Shown: positions 12,701 through 23,849 of the stretch, piece after piece | How positions within the stretch are numbered: the first letter of the stretch is position 1 | Layout of the letters: every line of letters starts with the position of its first letter | NCBI RefSeq assembly: GCF_964204645.1 | Contig: NC_134032.1 | Coordinates: forward strand, 9,970,275 to 10,034,274 | DNA from: Tubulanus polymorphus | Lineage: Eukaryota > Animalia > Nemertea | Length of the DNA: 64,000 nucleotides | Direction: 5' to 3' | Made by a program: the position numbers and the translations under genes | Notes under the pieces: model-generated | The model's database searches: none | What the model was told of the DNA's origin: nothing | Seen by the model: the letters and a program-made list of their open reading frames with translations, nothing else

Positions 12701-15533
12701 ACCTGGAAATATGACTTAAATTTCCTAGAAATTTGACCTCCATTCAGACGAAAGGTACATTTATATAAGTGTTGATAAGTGATAAGAAATATCAACTGAA
12801 CATTGAACTCTCATTGGTTATCTATCGATGGTCTGTAGAGGCGTACAATAGTTGCTTAGTTGCCGTTTGGTTTTCAGTTTCGTAAGGTTTTAAGATATGC
12901 TTTCGGCGTTGTCTTACCGTCGCTGGGTACGAGTGCACAGGTGGAAGCCACCATGCACCCCATCTCAGAGTTCTCTGAGTGCCTGGAGCGTTCGGAGTTC
13001 TCGGAGCAGGCGGACGAGTCTCCCGACTGTGATCATCGAAGAGATTTGTCCGCTGAGCGAATATGAAGTAAGCATGAATTTGAAAAGGCGAATATTGTGA
13101 CAGAACTTTTTGGAAACATATTCTGCACTGGACTACAGTATCTAGTGTCTGTATTTTTACCGTATTGCCTCGACTATTGACATAACTTAGCAGCAGAGTG
13201 GAGAGGGCATTTGACTTGAGGGCGGATGAGTGGTTTTGTTCACATCCTTTATTTTTTTTCAGATTGTAAATGTAGAAGAAGCTCGTAGACGGATGTCAAT
13301 ATTAGACGTAGAGGATTCGTTGCCTCTGCCGGAGTTATTAGGCGATACGACCGTGCTCAGCGAGGAACATGTCCGATCGGTAAGTGGAGTGTTTAACAAA
13401 TGCCTTAAAGTTAAGAATAGTGGAATCCTCTTGCCACTGCACTTGTTATCCTACTGTAATGCGCCTAGCAGATCCTCACTTGCGACAAGCGGAAACCCGT
13501 ATTGCTGCAGGAGTTGATGTTCTACTGCACATCATAACACCTGGTGGATACTCACTTCTCCCGAATTGAAATCCTCTAATGCCACAGTAGTTAATGTCTT
13601 ACTGCACACTAGCACACCTAGTGGATCCTCACTTGCCACAAGTGGAATCCTCTATGGCTGCAGTATTTGATATCCTGCTGCAACTAGCAGACCTGGTGGA
13701 TCCTCACTTGCCGCAAGAAAAATCCTCTATTACGACAAAATTTAATGTTCTTCTGCACACTAGCACACCTGGTAGATCCTCACTTGCCACAAGTGAAATC
13801 CTCTAATGCCACTGTTGTTGTTGCCCTATTGCAAACTATATAGGGACGACCTGGAAGTAAAGGATGACTTTGGAACATTTTTTTGAGACTATTTTACCAT
13901 GAAATTTGCTCTGATCCCATGTGATTATTTTTGTTTTGCAGATAGTCCGACAGTTACCGGCGCGGGCGGAGGGATACCCGTGGACTCTGATATATAGTTC
14001 CGACCAAAATGGTTTCAGTTTAAAGACTCTCTACCGATCAATGTGCGGATTCGATACTCCTGTATTACTCGTTATCAAAGATACAAACAACAGGGTATGT
14101 AATCAAAATAACCCCCCAATGTTTAGGGCGGCCACTGACCTAGAAAGCCTGGAAAACTCAGGGTATCTGAAAAATCTAGGAAAAATCACAGAAAACTCAG
14201 GGAACTTGGATAGTACTATAGACCACAGGTTTCTGTGTGGTGATGAAAAACGTGATTTGATGAAAAATGAATGAATTGAAACATTTTTAACCGAGAAATT
14301 TCTCTGATTCATTCGGGGAATTTTGTGTCATGACGTGGAAAAATCAGGGAAAACTGGGGTGATTTGTAAATTGTCGGAAAGTGGCCACTCTGTTTAAATA
14401 ATAATCAATTCTAGGAGTTATATCCTCGGAAATTTCATTCTTTTTGTTTTTCTTTCGTCAAGGTTTTCGGCGCGTTGACATCGTGTTCGCTGAAAATGAG
14501 TGAACATTTTTATGGAACCGGAGAATCGTTCATTTACACGTTTAATCCAGAATTCAGAGTAAGTGCTGCACCCTCTAGTGACTTCAAGAACTATATTTTG
14601 TCAGATAGTGTGTCTGTTCTTAAAATGACCGGTTATTTTCAGGTTTACCCGTGGACCGGAGAGAATAACTTCTTCATCAAGGGAAATAGAGAGAGTTTAG
14701 CAATGGGGGCAGGATCGTAAGTATCAGATTTCTTTTTATTGAGAATTTTGAAAATTTCTTTTCGTGTCAGGTAGTTCAAGGTTCTGAGGGGACGATGTCT
14801 GGCTCTGAAAGGGTTCTAGGCTGTATGAGTTAAAAGAAGGTTCCAGGTTGTGAGGGGTTGGTTCAAGGCTATAAGGGTAATTCGAGGCTGTGAACATGGT
14901 TCCGAGCTGTAAGGGGTGGTTCTATAGTGTAAAAGGTGGTTCTTAGGTTTTACATTGCGAAGAGGTGGTTCCAAGCTGTAAAGATTCTAGGTTGTAAGAA
15001 GTAGTTTCAGGGCGCTGTTAGCCGATGGTTCTAGGATATACAGGTGGTTTCAGGGAGTGAGGATGTCGGGGGCAGATTTAGGGAGTGTGGTCTCTGGGAT
15101 GTGGACCCCTGCCTTTCCACTGAGGTGCCCCTTTTCGTCGAGTCAGAGATGAGGTTAAAATCTGAAAATATGACACCCATCCTCTCAGAATTTGCATCTT
15201 TAAGGATGTATTTCTTCAAAAATATAGCAAAATGCAGTTTCTTTTCTTCTGGACTGTCCACCCCGCCCCACCCCCTTTTTTTACAATTCTCCTAGATCCA
15301 CCCCTGAGGGTGCACTGGTGAGGAAACCGGTTCCTAACTGCACATTGATAACAAGCATTACACTGACATAACCTTTCGTTATTTTCAGCGGATCGTTCGG
15401 CTTATGGTTGGATGGCGATATCTACCACGGACGCAGTCAGAAATGCGAAACGTACGACAACGACCCGCTTCCCGGACAAGAGGATTTCATCGTGAAAGCG
15501 TTCGAGGCGTGGGGATTTTTCAGCGACCTTTGA
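508..15533 (+). CDS. OXR1: OXR1/NCOA7/mustard-family oxidation resistance protein (GRAM-like region + C-terminal TLDc), 5'-partial; join(508-708,1347-1528,3196-4148,4897-5166,11397-11559,11692-11890,13263-13379,13942-14094,14463-14558,14643-14716,15389-15533)
   Basis: All introns GT-AG with consistent phases; joined length 2553 nt = 850 aa + TGA. Recognisable family motifs: FIKLNVKHITDG-GVVAGVLLVTPNAIMFDP, PEYWFSIPREKVDYLYAFFIQWSP, LPARAEGYPWTLIYSSDQNGFSLKTLYR, HFYGTGESF, FGLWLDGDIYHGRS, FEAWGF. The LysM/N-terminus would lie upstream of the window. Confidence 0.95.
891..1144. mobile_element. MITE (GGGCC-ended, Harbinger-like) containing a nested second MITE at 931-1068
   Basis: outer TIRs gggccggttttatagactggt / accagtatataaaaccaggccc; the inner element matches the free-standing copy at 55619-55757. 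Confidence 0.7.
1347..1528 (+). CDS. OXR1: OXR1-like exon (GVVAGVLLVTPNAIMFDP...KSAP)
   Basis: ttgcag acceptor, GTAAGA donor; conserved GVLLVTPNxIMFDP motif. Confidence 0.93.
1676..2203. repeat. 41-bp minisatellite, ~13 copies
   Basis: unit agttccagtttagccatcattgcgactatgagttatctagt, period 41 (1676, 1717, ...). Confidence 0.97.
3196..4148 (+). CDS. OXR1: OXR1-like large low-complexity acidic/Ser-rich exon
   Basis: tttcag acceptor (phase 2 matches previous exon), GTAGGT donor; 953 nt open. Confidence 0.88.
4378..4805. repeat. G-rich ~76-bp minisatellite, ~5-6 copies
   Basis: unit gtgctgtagggtgttcagggtagggggggatagttgtatggtgctagggtaaaagggggcagagttaaaggggtga. Confidence 0.93.
4897..5166 (+). 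CDS. OXR1: OXR1-like exon (GNTTWYHRPL...LFQSID), Ala/Ser-rich
   Basis: ttacag acceptor, GTAGGT donor, phase 1/1, 270 nt. Confidence 0.85.
5623..5649 (+). CDS. OXR1: candidate 27-nt microexon (VMLNKTSNG)
   Basis: gttttcAG|...|GTGAGT, phase 1/1, no stop. Confidence 0.6.
6593..6611 (-). promoter_or_regulatory. CTCF-like binding motif
   Basis: minus strand reads CCACCAGGGGGCGCTG, matching the CTCF consensus. Confidence 0.5.
6718..6723 (+). CDS. OXR1: candidate 6-nt microexon (EL)
   Basis: long polypyrimidine tract 6661-6700, cacAG|AACTAG|GTTAGT, phase 1/1. Confidence 0.5.
   Translation, partial: N
8303..8314 (+). CDS. OXR1: candidate 12-nt microexon (GFDE)
   Basis: ctaat branch-like site, long pyrimidine tract, aaTGCcAG|GATTCGATGAAG|GTATAT, phase 1/1. 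Confidence 0.55.
8994..9281. mobile_element. piggyBac-type MITE inserted in another MITE
   Basis: TIR CCCTTTCAGTGC / GCACTGAAAGGG, TTAA on both sides; host sequence is contiguous in the uninterrupted copy at 36080-36189. Confidence 0.88.
9553..9585 (+). CDS. OXR1: candidate 33-nt small exon (VAHPGCFCQTG)
   Basis: ttttcgttgcAG|...|GTAAGT, phase 1/1; TGCATGCATG at 9414-9423 upstream. Confidence 0.6.
10151..10164. promoter_or_regulatory. RFX X-box-like motif in OXR1 intron
   Basis: GTTACCATGGTAAT, one mismatch from the GTTNCCATGGNAAC consensus. Confidence 0.4.
11397..11559 (+). CDS. OXR1: OXR1-like exon (IIPRPARQYEDPPLYLCL...PEYWFSIPRE)
   Basis: ttgcag/GTGAGT; conserved PEYWF motif. Confidence 0.92.
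11692..11890 (+). CDS. OXR1: OXR1-like exon (VDYLYAFFIQWSPDLYG...KDWE)
   Basis: tttcag/GTAAAT; conserved LYAFFIQWSP motif. Confidence 0.92.
11934..12201. mobile_element. non-autonomous hAT-like element with 5-bp TSD
   Basis: TIR CAGGGTGGCCAC / GTGGCCACCCTG, TACTT on both flanks, subterminal CAGGGAAA repeats; relatives at ~4190-4272, 14124-14392, ~24198-24312. Confidence 0.8.
12897..13067 (+). CDS. OXR1: candidate alternative start exon of a short TLDc-only isoform (MLSALSYRRW...PLSEYE)
   Basis: ATG 12897, 57 open codons, phase-0 GTAAGC donor at 13068 joining in frame to IVNVEEARRR; acceptor at 12876-12877. Confidence 0.6.
13263..13379 (+). CDS. OXR1: OXR1-like exon (IVNVEEARRR...EEHVRS)
   Basis: ttttcAG/GTAAGT; resembles NCOA7 IITVEEAKRR segment. 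Confidence 0.92.
13400..13830. repeat. degenerate ~71-bp tandem repeat, ~6 copies
   Basis: recurring cacacctggtggatcctcacttgccacaagtggaatcctct; single copy near 21470-21530. Confidence 0.8.
13942..14094 (+). CDS. OXR1: TLDc exon 1 (IVRQLPARAEGYPW...KDTNNR)
   Basis: ttgcAG/GTATGT; TLDc motif GFSLKTLYR. Confidence 0.95.
14124..14392. mobile_element. hAT-like MITE related to 11934-12201
   Basis: TAGGGCGGCCAC ... GTGGCCACTCTG ends, CAGGG(A)AAA subterminal repeats. Confidence 0.65.
14463..14558 (+). CDS. OXR1: TLDc exon 2 (VFGALTS...HFYGTGESFIYTFNPEFR)
   Basis: AG/GTAAGT; FYGTGESF motif. Confidence 0.95.
14643..14716 (+). CDS. OXR1: TLDc exon 3 (VYPWTGENNFFIKGNRESLAMGAG)
   Basis: ttttcAG/GTAAGT. 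Confidence 0.95.
15389..15533 (+). CDS. OXR1: TLDc terminal exon (GSFGLWLDGDIYHGRSQKCETYDN...FEAWGFFSDL*)
   Basis: ttttcAG acceptor, TGA 15531-15533; conserved TLDc ExWGF end. Confidence 0.95.
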
Positions 15534-16705
15534 ACGACCTCGCAGTAGATGACAAAAAATCATTTGAAAAGTCCGGTTACAACTTTCCGAAAACTTACGC
15601 ACGGACAGCATCATTTATGGCAGTGAAACTGTGAAATCGAAATGATGTAGCATTTAGACGGATAGGTGGCGCCGCTGCTCCAGCAGACGGCTAGGATCGT
15701 ACATAACAGTAGTGATAATATAATCGTTGCTCATAGCGGCCACAAGGTGGTGTCCTCGTCGTAATCTCGGCGTATGAACGGTCGAGGAGGCGTCGCGTTC
15801 GTGAGTGAGCGGAAGGTGTTAGCGCGAAGCACACGCGTTTTTTCGATGTGTGCTTTTCCTGAATGTTTAGATTTAAAGATGAAATATTAAAACTGTAGAT
15901 CGACCAGAATCTAGTCCAGTAATGTGTGATATATCGTCAGATAGCGCCAAAATATCGAAATATTATAATTATAATATTGCGTGTATATGTGATAATAATA
16001 TCGAAATAGACTCGAGTCTCGAAATGAAAAAAAAAGTCAGAGTAAATAAACTTGAAGGTTCGCGCGTATAATTGCGAATGATGTTTGTTGTTTTGCTAAC
16101 GGAATTTCGGAGCTCGCGCGAGATAACATTTTTTTTATTCGTAAAAAAATGCACTGAACTCATTCATATCTAGCTCAATGGTTGAAGTAGGAAGATTTTT
16201 ACGACCAGTTTTCGCGAACAATTATTTCGTTTTCGCTAGAACTCGGGCATACTGGTAAATGTTTTCATTTTAGAAAATTCACTCGAAGTTAGCCTGGCCA
16301 TACTTAACTGAGCTGACAAGTAAGTCTTCGTAAAATTTGAATTTTGACTGAAAAATAAGTCGTTTGAAGCGCTGAGTGGAGGATCTTCGTCAAATTAAAC
16401 CCTCAAATGAGTGGAACTGCCTCCAAACCTACATAGTACTCAGGTGTTGAGTCAGGTGTTTGGATCCATAGCTGATGTGGAGATTGGCCCTGAGCATTAG
16501 CCACTTGCTCTGAAGTTGTCGAACAGAGTCCAGATCTTTGGAAATGGGTCAAAAGCTGTGGAACTAAAACCCAGAGCCATGGAACCGTGTCCCAGAACCA
16601 TGGAACTGTATCCAAAACTGTAGAACTTTGAACTGGCTCCCGTGAACATTTTCGACCTAGGTCTGAGTTATTATTAGCCTGCAAAAATTACACTAAATGA
16701 CATGT

Positions 16706-16795
16706 GGCCTCAGTAGCTCAGCATGATAAGACTCGATGCTGTAGCATTCACTATCAGTGCTGAATGATAAGCGGGTTTGAGTCTTGCTGGCTGCT
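16706..16795 (+). mobile_element. tRNA-derived SINE-like fragment
   Basis: A-box-like TAGCTCAG and B-box-like GGTTTGAGTC; no intact cloverleaf. Confidence 0.35.
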
Positions 16796-17545
16796 TATAA
16801 TGCGCGCGCAACACTTGGAGAAAGTCGTGAGGTTAAAGGAATAATCTAATAGGGAAACCAACATCCGAATGACTTGAGGCAAAAACGAAACGAAAACAAA
16901 TCTATCTCAATAGAACGAAGACACTTAAAGTATTTTTATGTTGTACGATGTTAGCCTCGTGCACTACACATATATACTGCATATGTCCGTATAATCACCT
17001 AGTACAGATTGTGTCCACCGGGTGTCTCTCTAGTTCGTGTATACGTATATCAACCGAATTGTTATGCAATCTACAGATTTTTTGGGCGTCGACGGAATTT
17101 TCCGTTTCGTCGTCGCCATCGACGACGATATACCTAAAGGAATCCACTCAATGATGAAAAGCATTTTTTATTCGCTGGTGAATTGAATCGTTAATCGAAA
17201 CTATGAACTAAAAAATATGAAGATGATTTTTGCATTTTTCTACTGACTTCAGAATAAAAAGATAATTTCGATTGGTGAAACGTAGAAAATCAGAATATTC
17301 TCTTTGACTGATTTCGTTTTCTGATAAGCCGAGCTCGTGGCGACTTACGACCCGACTAAATCATCATAAAAACAGCTGCGGTAGTAAACACTTATTGCAT
17401 TATTGATTCATTTGTCGCAACGCCACAAGAGTACTCGGGTCGACTACGACTCAATCATCACTGAATCTTATGGTCATGTGACGCATAACTCAGGTCGTAG
17501 TAGTAGAACTTGTTCTATCCTTGCGATTCGGCATATGATCAGTCT

Positions 17546-18008
17546 GGGACCATTCATTAAGTACGTGCACAAGCCCTAGGTAGAACCTCGACGGCAAAAG
17601 CGTACGATCTGCATACACAGCTAGATAGCTGTTTACACAAGGCGTATGTACCAGTACTTAATAAATCAAAGTGTACCAATTTCTACTATATAATCTTGTA
17701 GTAGCCTGGCTACCCAATCTTGGTAGTAGTTCAGCCATGAGTCTGGAAACTAAATAATGAATTCATTGCCCCTTTTTAAAAGAGTGCATCCTAGTTAATC
17801 CTAGCACGATAATTAAAGTCTCAAATAATAGAATTTATTTATACTATAATAAACAGACCAGTAGACTAATAACAGGTGTTTGTTTATGTTTTATACTACA
17901 CGATCAACAATTGCGTACGTAAGGTAGGCAATATAGTACGATGCGGGTACACAAGGTAGGACCTTGAAAAAAGGTCCTTTTTTGCGTATGTACTTAATGA
18001 ATGGTCCC
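17546..18008. mobile_element. MITE, PIF/Harbinger-like
   Basis: perfect 19-bp TIR GGGACCATTCATTAAGTAC / GTACTTAATGAATGGTCCC, TCT on both flanks (3-bp TSD). Confidence 0.85.
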
Positions 18009-21000
18009 TCTGCAATCAATTTGTCGCGGTTGTAAGTAAACTCATGTCGAAATGGTTCCACCTGACGATTCGACGAGATGATCAGGTCTTAAGTCAATCT
18101 GAGCTTAGTTTTAAATCTTTTGGGTTTTTTCCATTTAGAACTCCTATTGTTGGATTTGTGAAAATACTTGTCTACGGACCAATCAGAGTGTGATTTAATT
18201 ATCTGTCATCCTATTCGTCAGCTAGCCAGGATATTTTCTATATTGACCAATCAGAGTGGTCTTAACATACTCCGTTCGCATTGGCTAGTTAGTGACTATG
18301 TGCTACAAAAAATACTTACCAACCGCAGAAGGCTTTGTATACTGGACTCAGTACCCATTGGTTGTATTTTGGAATTCCTTTGAAATCCAGTTTCCATTGG
18401 TTGGCTTGTCATAAAAACCTCAGGTGTTCACCAGTCAGAGTCGACTTTTACAGGAATCAGGTTCTGACCCAAATCAAATGAAATATATTCAGATTTTCTG
18501 CGTTTTACTATTTCTAAGTTCATGACATTCTTTAAATGACGAATGCTTTTTTTCTTGCCTTTTATAAGAAGCACATATTTGCACAACGGAACAAAAAATG
18601 ATAGTCAAAACAGAAAATTGGATTGAATAATTCTGGTCAAATATCTATGCGTGTTTATAACTTTTTGTGCATATTTAGCTACATATACCTTTGTGGTAAG
18701 GGGAGGGGGTTAGAGGGGTGACAGGCATTGACTTTTTGTATCATACTTTGCTGATTGACAAAATGAACGCACATTAGAAGCCCAGTTTAGAATCATCTGG
18801 TAAAGATGGCTGCCTCCATAGTTCCCCAACGGCATCACTTGGGCCTATGTGAGTAGAAAGTTTATCAATGGGGAGCTCTAGGTGGCTTTATTTCTCGTTA
18901 GATGAACAGGGGCGGACCCGGAGAGGGTTTGAATCCCCCTTTTCTGACCAAGCCCCCTTTTGAAAATCGGCTTCTTTTCGCCTGCGCTGAATTTGATCTA
19001 ATATGCACTAAAATTGCATGAAAATTTTCAAAATTCTGGAGGAGGTCCACTGGTACCCTATAAGGGCTTTGTGCATGGGGCACTCGCCAGGAAATCCACC
19101 ACTACTATAAAGTGCCCTTTTCATACAAGGCGAATCTCTCCTTTCTTCAAGCCTGAATATAATCCTGATGTTTATTGTAATTTTGATGATGTCATAGAGG
19201 GATTCATGGAGGTGGCCATCTTTTCTGGATGTGTCTATAAACTGCAGTTTGATTTTTGATCATGTGATAGGTGATTTTCAATGCTATAGGTGTTTTTGAA
19301 ATTTTTCCTACAGCGCCTGTTTCAAGGAGGCGTGGGGTTTTTCGGAGGTTGGGGGGCAGCAGGGTTGATGTTTTGAAACGGTTTTGTTCGTAAAAAAAAA
19401 AACAAAAATGCAATGTTTCTGGTTTTTTTGAACGATGTAAATAATAGAAATTTCGTGTAAATAGAAGATGTTTTGTCGCAATGTTAAAAATGTAAATAAC
19501 GAATCTGGGTGCACGTTACCATAGTGAAGAAAAATCAGAGCAGAAATCGGTGATATTTCAAACAAAATGCAAATTTTTGAGACCCCCGGAAATCAAGACA
19601 AAATAATTCGCCTAATAGGTAAAATGATGTATAATTTTCTCTGTAATGAATCTATTCGAAAAGATTTCTAAATGGGTAAAATGAATTACATGTAATATAG
19701 AATCGGGACCAGTTTTATTTGCATCAGGAAAAAAAGATCTGTTTTAAAAGTTTTAAATCGGCTGTTATACGTAAAGTAACCTTTTCTTTGAGAAAAAAAA
19801 CCAGACGCCCAAAAAATGGCATTTTTGAAAATATCATATCAACGAAATATCATGAGAAAGTAGGTAACTTTGGTCAACGAATTCAAATCGAACTTGTATA
19901 AAACGGATGAAGAGGGATTATTATTATTATTAAAACTACTACTCAATTAGCAACGCAGGGACTGATTGTGCTTAGTAACGTAAACTAGATTTTAATTGCA
20001 ATATTACTAGATATTGGGACTATTATCCGCATAATCAAATCCACAGGAAATCAATTTTTAAAGAAATTTTGAATTAGAACCTCAACCTTAAGTGAAATTA
20101 CACACGTAAACATCCAGACCCGATCAGGGTTGAATTTTCATCGTCGGTATGAACTAATCCTACCTAACTCAGGGTTATAGCATCTCTAACCTACAATTGT
20201 GAAGCTTGGTTTTAGGGGACCAAAAAGTCTGATACAATTGAACTTGTATGATACTAAGATCATATTACATGTATTCACATAACTTATTTACGTAAGTTGG
20301 TTGCCCTAATCAAGACGGAGATCGTTAGAAACTAAAAATTTGACACTTGTCCTCTGAATAGTTACATCTTTTTGGATGCATTTCTTCAAAATTATCTAAG
20401 ACAGAATGTGGGACATCATCTGTGGCCTTTTACATGGCTGCTTCATCTGAGATATGCCTGTTCTTATCTTGCGAGGACCACGACCTTCCACTTTTCCAAG
20501 ATCCACCTGGATATACTCACTATAGGCCGTAACTAATCTGAATCAATCTGGACAGATGAATGATCTTGTTGCAACGAAATTCAGGGATCAGAAAACCTGT
20601 TCGTTAAATCCAGAATGATGTGAAGAACAAATATTCTTTTTTCGGGTAAACAACGTTCCACCGTGGTGTGAATATACCGGGTAGTCTTAGTATTAAACTG
20701 GCCCCAAGTTGTTCAGCGTTCGTGCGTGTGTGTATATAGGTATCTATTCGGCTCATAGTCAAATCTGTAAATATCATCATGTGGATAAGTACTGTAATAC
20801 AACAGATATCAGCTCGACCCAGCTTCACGAAACTGGATAACCTTTAAATCGATTTAATTCCTTCATCAATTCAGTTCATCTTTAATCGATTTCGTAGTTT
20901 TTCCTTTTTCGGAAGCTGGGCCAAGGGGATTTTTGTTTTGGGGCAAAAACTACCGATACGTTAGATTGGCCTTGAAATGAATAGTTGATGTACGTATGAT

Positions 21001-23849
21001 GTGCAAAAGGCTTCCGCGGGGTTTTTCAAACTGGGGTTTGGGCTTGTCATTTGGGTGCATGAAAAGATGTACTTAATATGCGATGGAAGGTATTTCTGTC
21101 TGCTCGAGGTGGCGCTGTTAGCTGAGAGCGATTTCGGTTGGTTTATTTTGTACTGATACCTTTTGCTTTTTACTGTGTATACGTACAGACTTCAGGAAGG
21201 GGGTAGGATGGCTAGTTGCTGGAGGGTTTTATGCCAATTGAATCAACATTTTTTGAATTCACTAATATTTGATAAAAAGATTTTCAGCAACTGGCCTCAA
21301 AGGTTTGCTCTTAATATATGTAGGTACTGTTAGGAGCTAGTTCCCCAGTTCCAACATATGGCATGCCAAGTGGTGGGACATCACTTCATCAATTTGATTG
21401 ACTTTAGCCACATGCAAAGATGGAACCATGACAAATTACGCACCTGTATAAGTGAACTAATGCACACTTGTGCACCTGGTGGATGCTCACTTGCCACAGT
21501 CGTTGATGTCCCACTATACACCAGTGCAAATTGTTAATCCTCAAACAAACAGAAATAATTTGGAATGAATACAGCTTCCACACTGCTTGGAACTGGCTCT
21601 AATATTATATATACATGTATCTTAATTGTGAGAGTAGGGGTATAAATATATGAATATAAATAAATAGTTAGAATTTGTTATTAAAAGCAGGACATCATTT
21701 GTACAGTGTTCATTATGTAAATGTGTTATATTGAAATGTTAACTGCAGACAACAGAGAAAAGGGTTTTTTGTGTAACAAAAATATTATATAGGGCCTAAA
21801 CTAAATGATTTGATGAAAACTGATGGTTGTTAATCCATTGGTAATCGTCTAAAACCCGATCTAGAAATTGCTGATAGGACCCCATGTATAATGCTGGGTG
21901 TCACTTTTAGATTAATGTTAATGTGCCCTATGGGGTATGTGCACTATGAAGAACTGGCACAGGGCCTGCTGGTACAACTTAAATATCCCCAAAATATCCT
22001 AGGTATTATTTGGATATATTATCTTGGGTATGAGGGTAACTTAAGTCAAGCCCTTAGTCAAGTACCTAGAAATAAGTTCCGAGTGGCTTTTTAGAAATTC
22101 ACTTAAATAAAATATAAGCTTTGTGCCCAGTATTGTGGTACAATTCACAAGTTATCTTTCACAGTTGGTTGCAAAATTCATTGGTGGTTTTATCAGTGCA
22201 AAAAGGTCGTTACCAATGGATTCATCACTAAAAAGCTAGTGTCAAAACATTATATACATGTAGCTCAGCTCAAGAAAAACTACAAAAAAAACAGTCAAAT
22301 AAATTCTTAGAATTCACATTGTCTTCAACTCTTTTCTTGTATTTCTCGAAGTTTCATTGGCTCCCAGTGATAGAGGCTCAAATTTAACAGTTATTGATCG
22401 GTTGCTAGTCAACAGATATTCAAATAGAAGTCGTCTGAATTCCAACCCATTGGCTGGGCATCGCGAATTGCCGTCAGCGCCATCTTGCGCTGAAACTGAT
22501 AATCGAAATATCGGCACAGTTTGAATTTACCGCCAATTCTTAGGCGAGCATGGTAGCAGCACTATATAGTCCCCTTGCGGAATTTCTGTGAACTTATGTT
22601 ATACCGTTTAGATTAAAATAGATCTATTCACACTCTAGTCATTTATGATTTTAATGAGGATGAAAAAAGTATTCACATTATCACAAAAACAAAAAAATAA
22701 AAGCACTTTGAAAAACAACGATATTGTAAACACTCGTTTCCGGGTTCGAACCGCTACGAATTGCTACTCATTTTTGCGACAGCGCCACGGCGCGCGCTGC
22801 GAATTTTTTTTTCACACCATGTCAGATAGCCACTGCGCATGCCCAACTCAGTTTCGCTTCCGGACTGCATGTCGCAATGCATGAAGAAATCCATGATGTG
22901 AACGACAAAATCTACTGTCGACTCTTGACTAAATATAAGCTGTGGTAGGAGGCCTAGCGCCAGCCAATTGACCATGATTGACTACTTGCCAGCTTCGCGT
23001 CTCAGACCAGTAGGAAACCGAAGTAAGTTAATGGTTTCATTCTTTTTACAGGCACGTTTTTCCTTCTTTAACTTCAATTCAATTCTTTATTATCATACAT
23101 GATTGTAGATGCAATGCAATTGTAACAAAAATAAAATGATATAAAATAGAATAAAACACAACACAACATAAGCATTAGACTTATTCGTTATACAAGAATA
23201 TGTATATATACATGTACATTCTACTTTATATATTACCATTAAGTGACAATTTTTTATTTATAAGTTGGAAAACCCAAAAGCTGTAAACTGTCCTAGGCTA
23301 CGTGTCATTAGTGGGGACGAAATGATTAATAGGAATTTATCTTCATCAGAGAAACTATTATTTGGGAATATAAGAAATGTCGGAATTGCCCAAAATTTGG
23401 CCTGTCAGTGTCAGACCCCCGCTGTCAGACCACAGCTCCCTCATTTGTAGGCTCAAACTGTGACGGTAGAAATCTGAACTATTAAGATTCTATTAAGAAT
23501 TTGCAACTTAAACTTTTGAAGCCAATTAATGTCTATTGTAAACATATAGGCCTAAAATCATGACAGTGTATGTGTTGAGTGTGATAAGCCGCAATACCGA
23601 GTTGTGTAGATCTTCTCCCAAAATTTGCAGAGAACACCTCCGCAGGCTTTACAGACGCCTGCTCCACCAACCTCCCAAGACGCAACGAGTCCTATTTAAA
23701 AACGTACGGCACCTCATAAATCAGACAGTTTTGGTCAAATTCACATAAGATGCCAACCAAATTTCTCTGTTTTAATTTTAGGCAAAGAATATTATCGTGA
23801 TACTAAAATGTAGTTATTAAATAATGTGAACAATGCTTACATAACAAGT

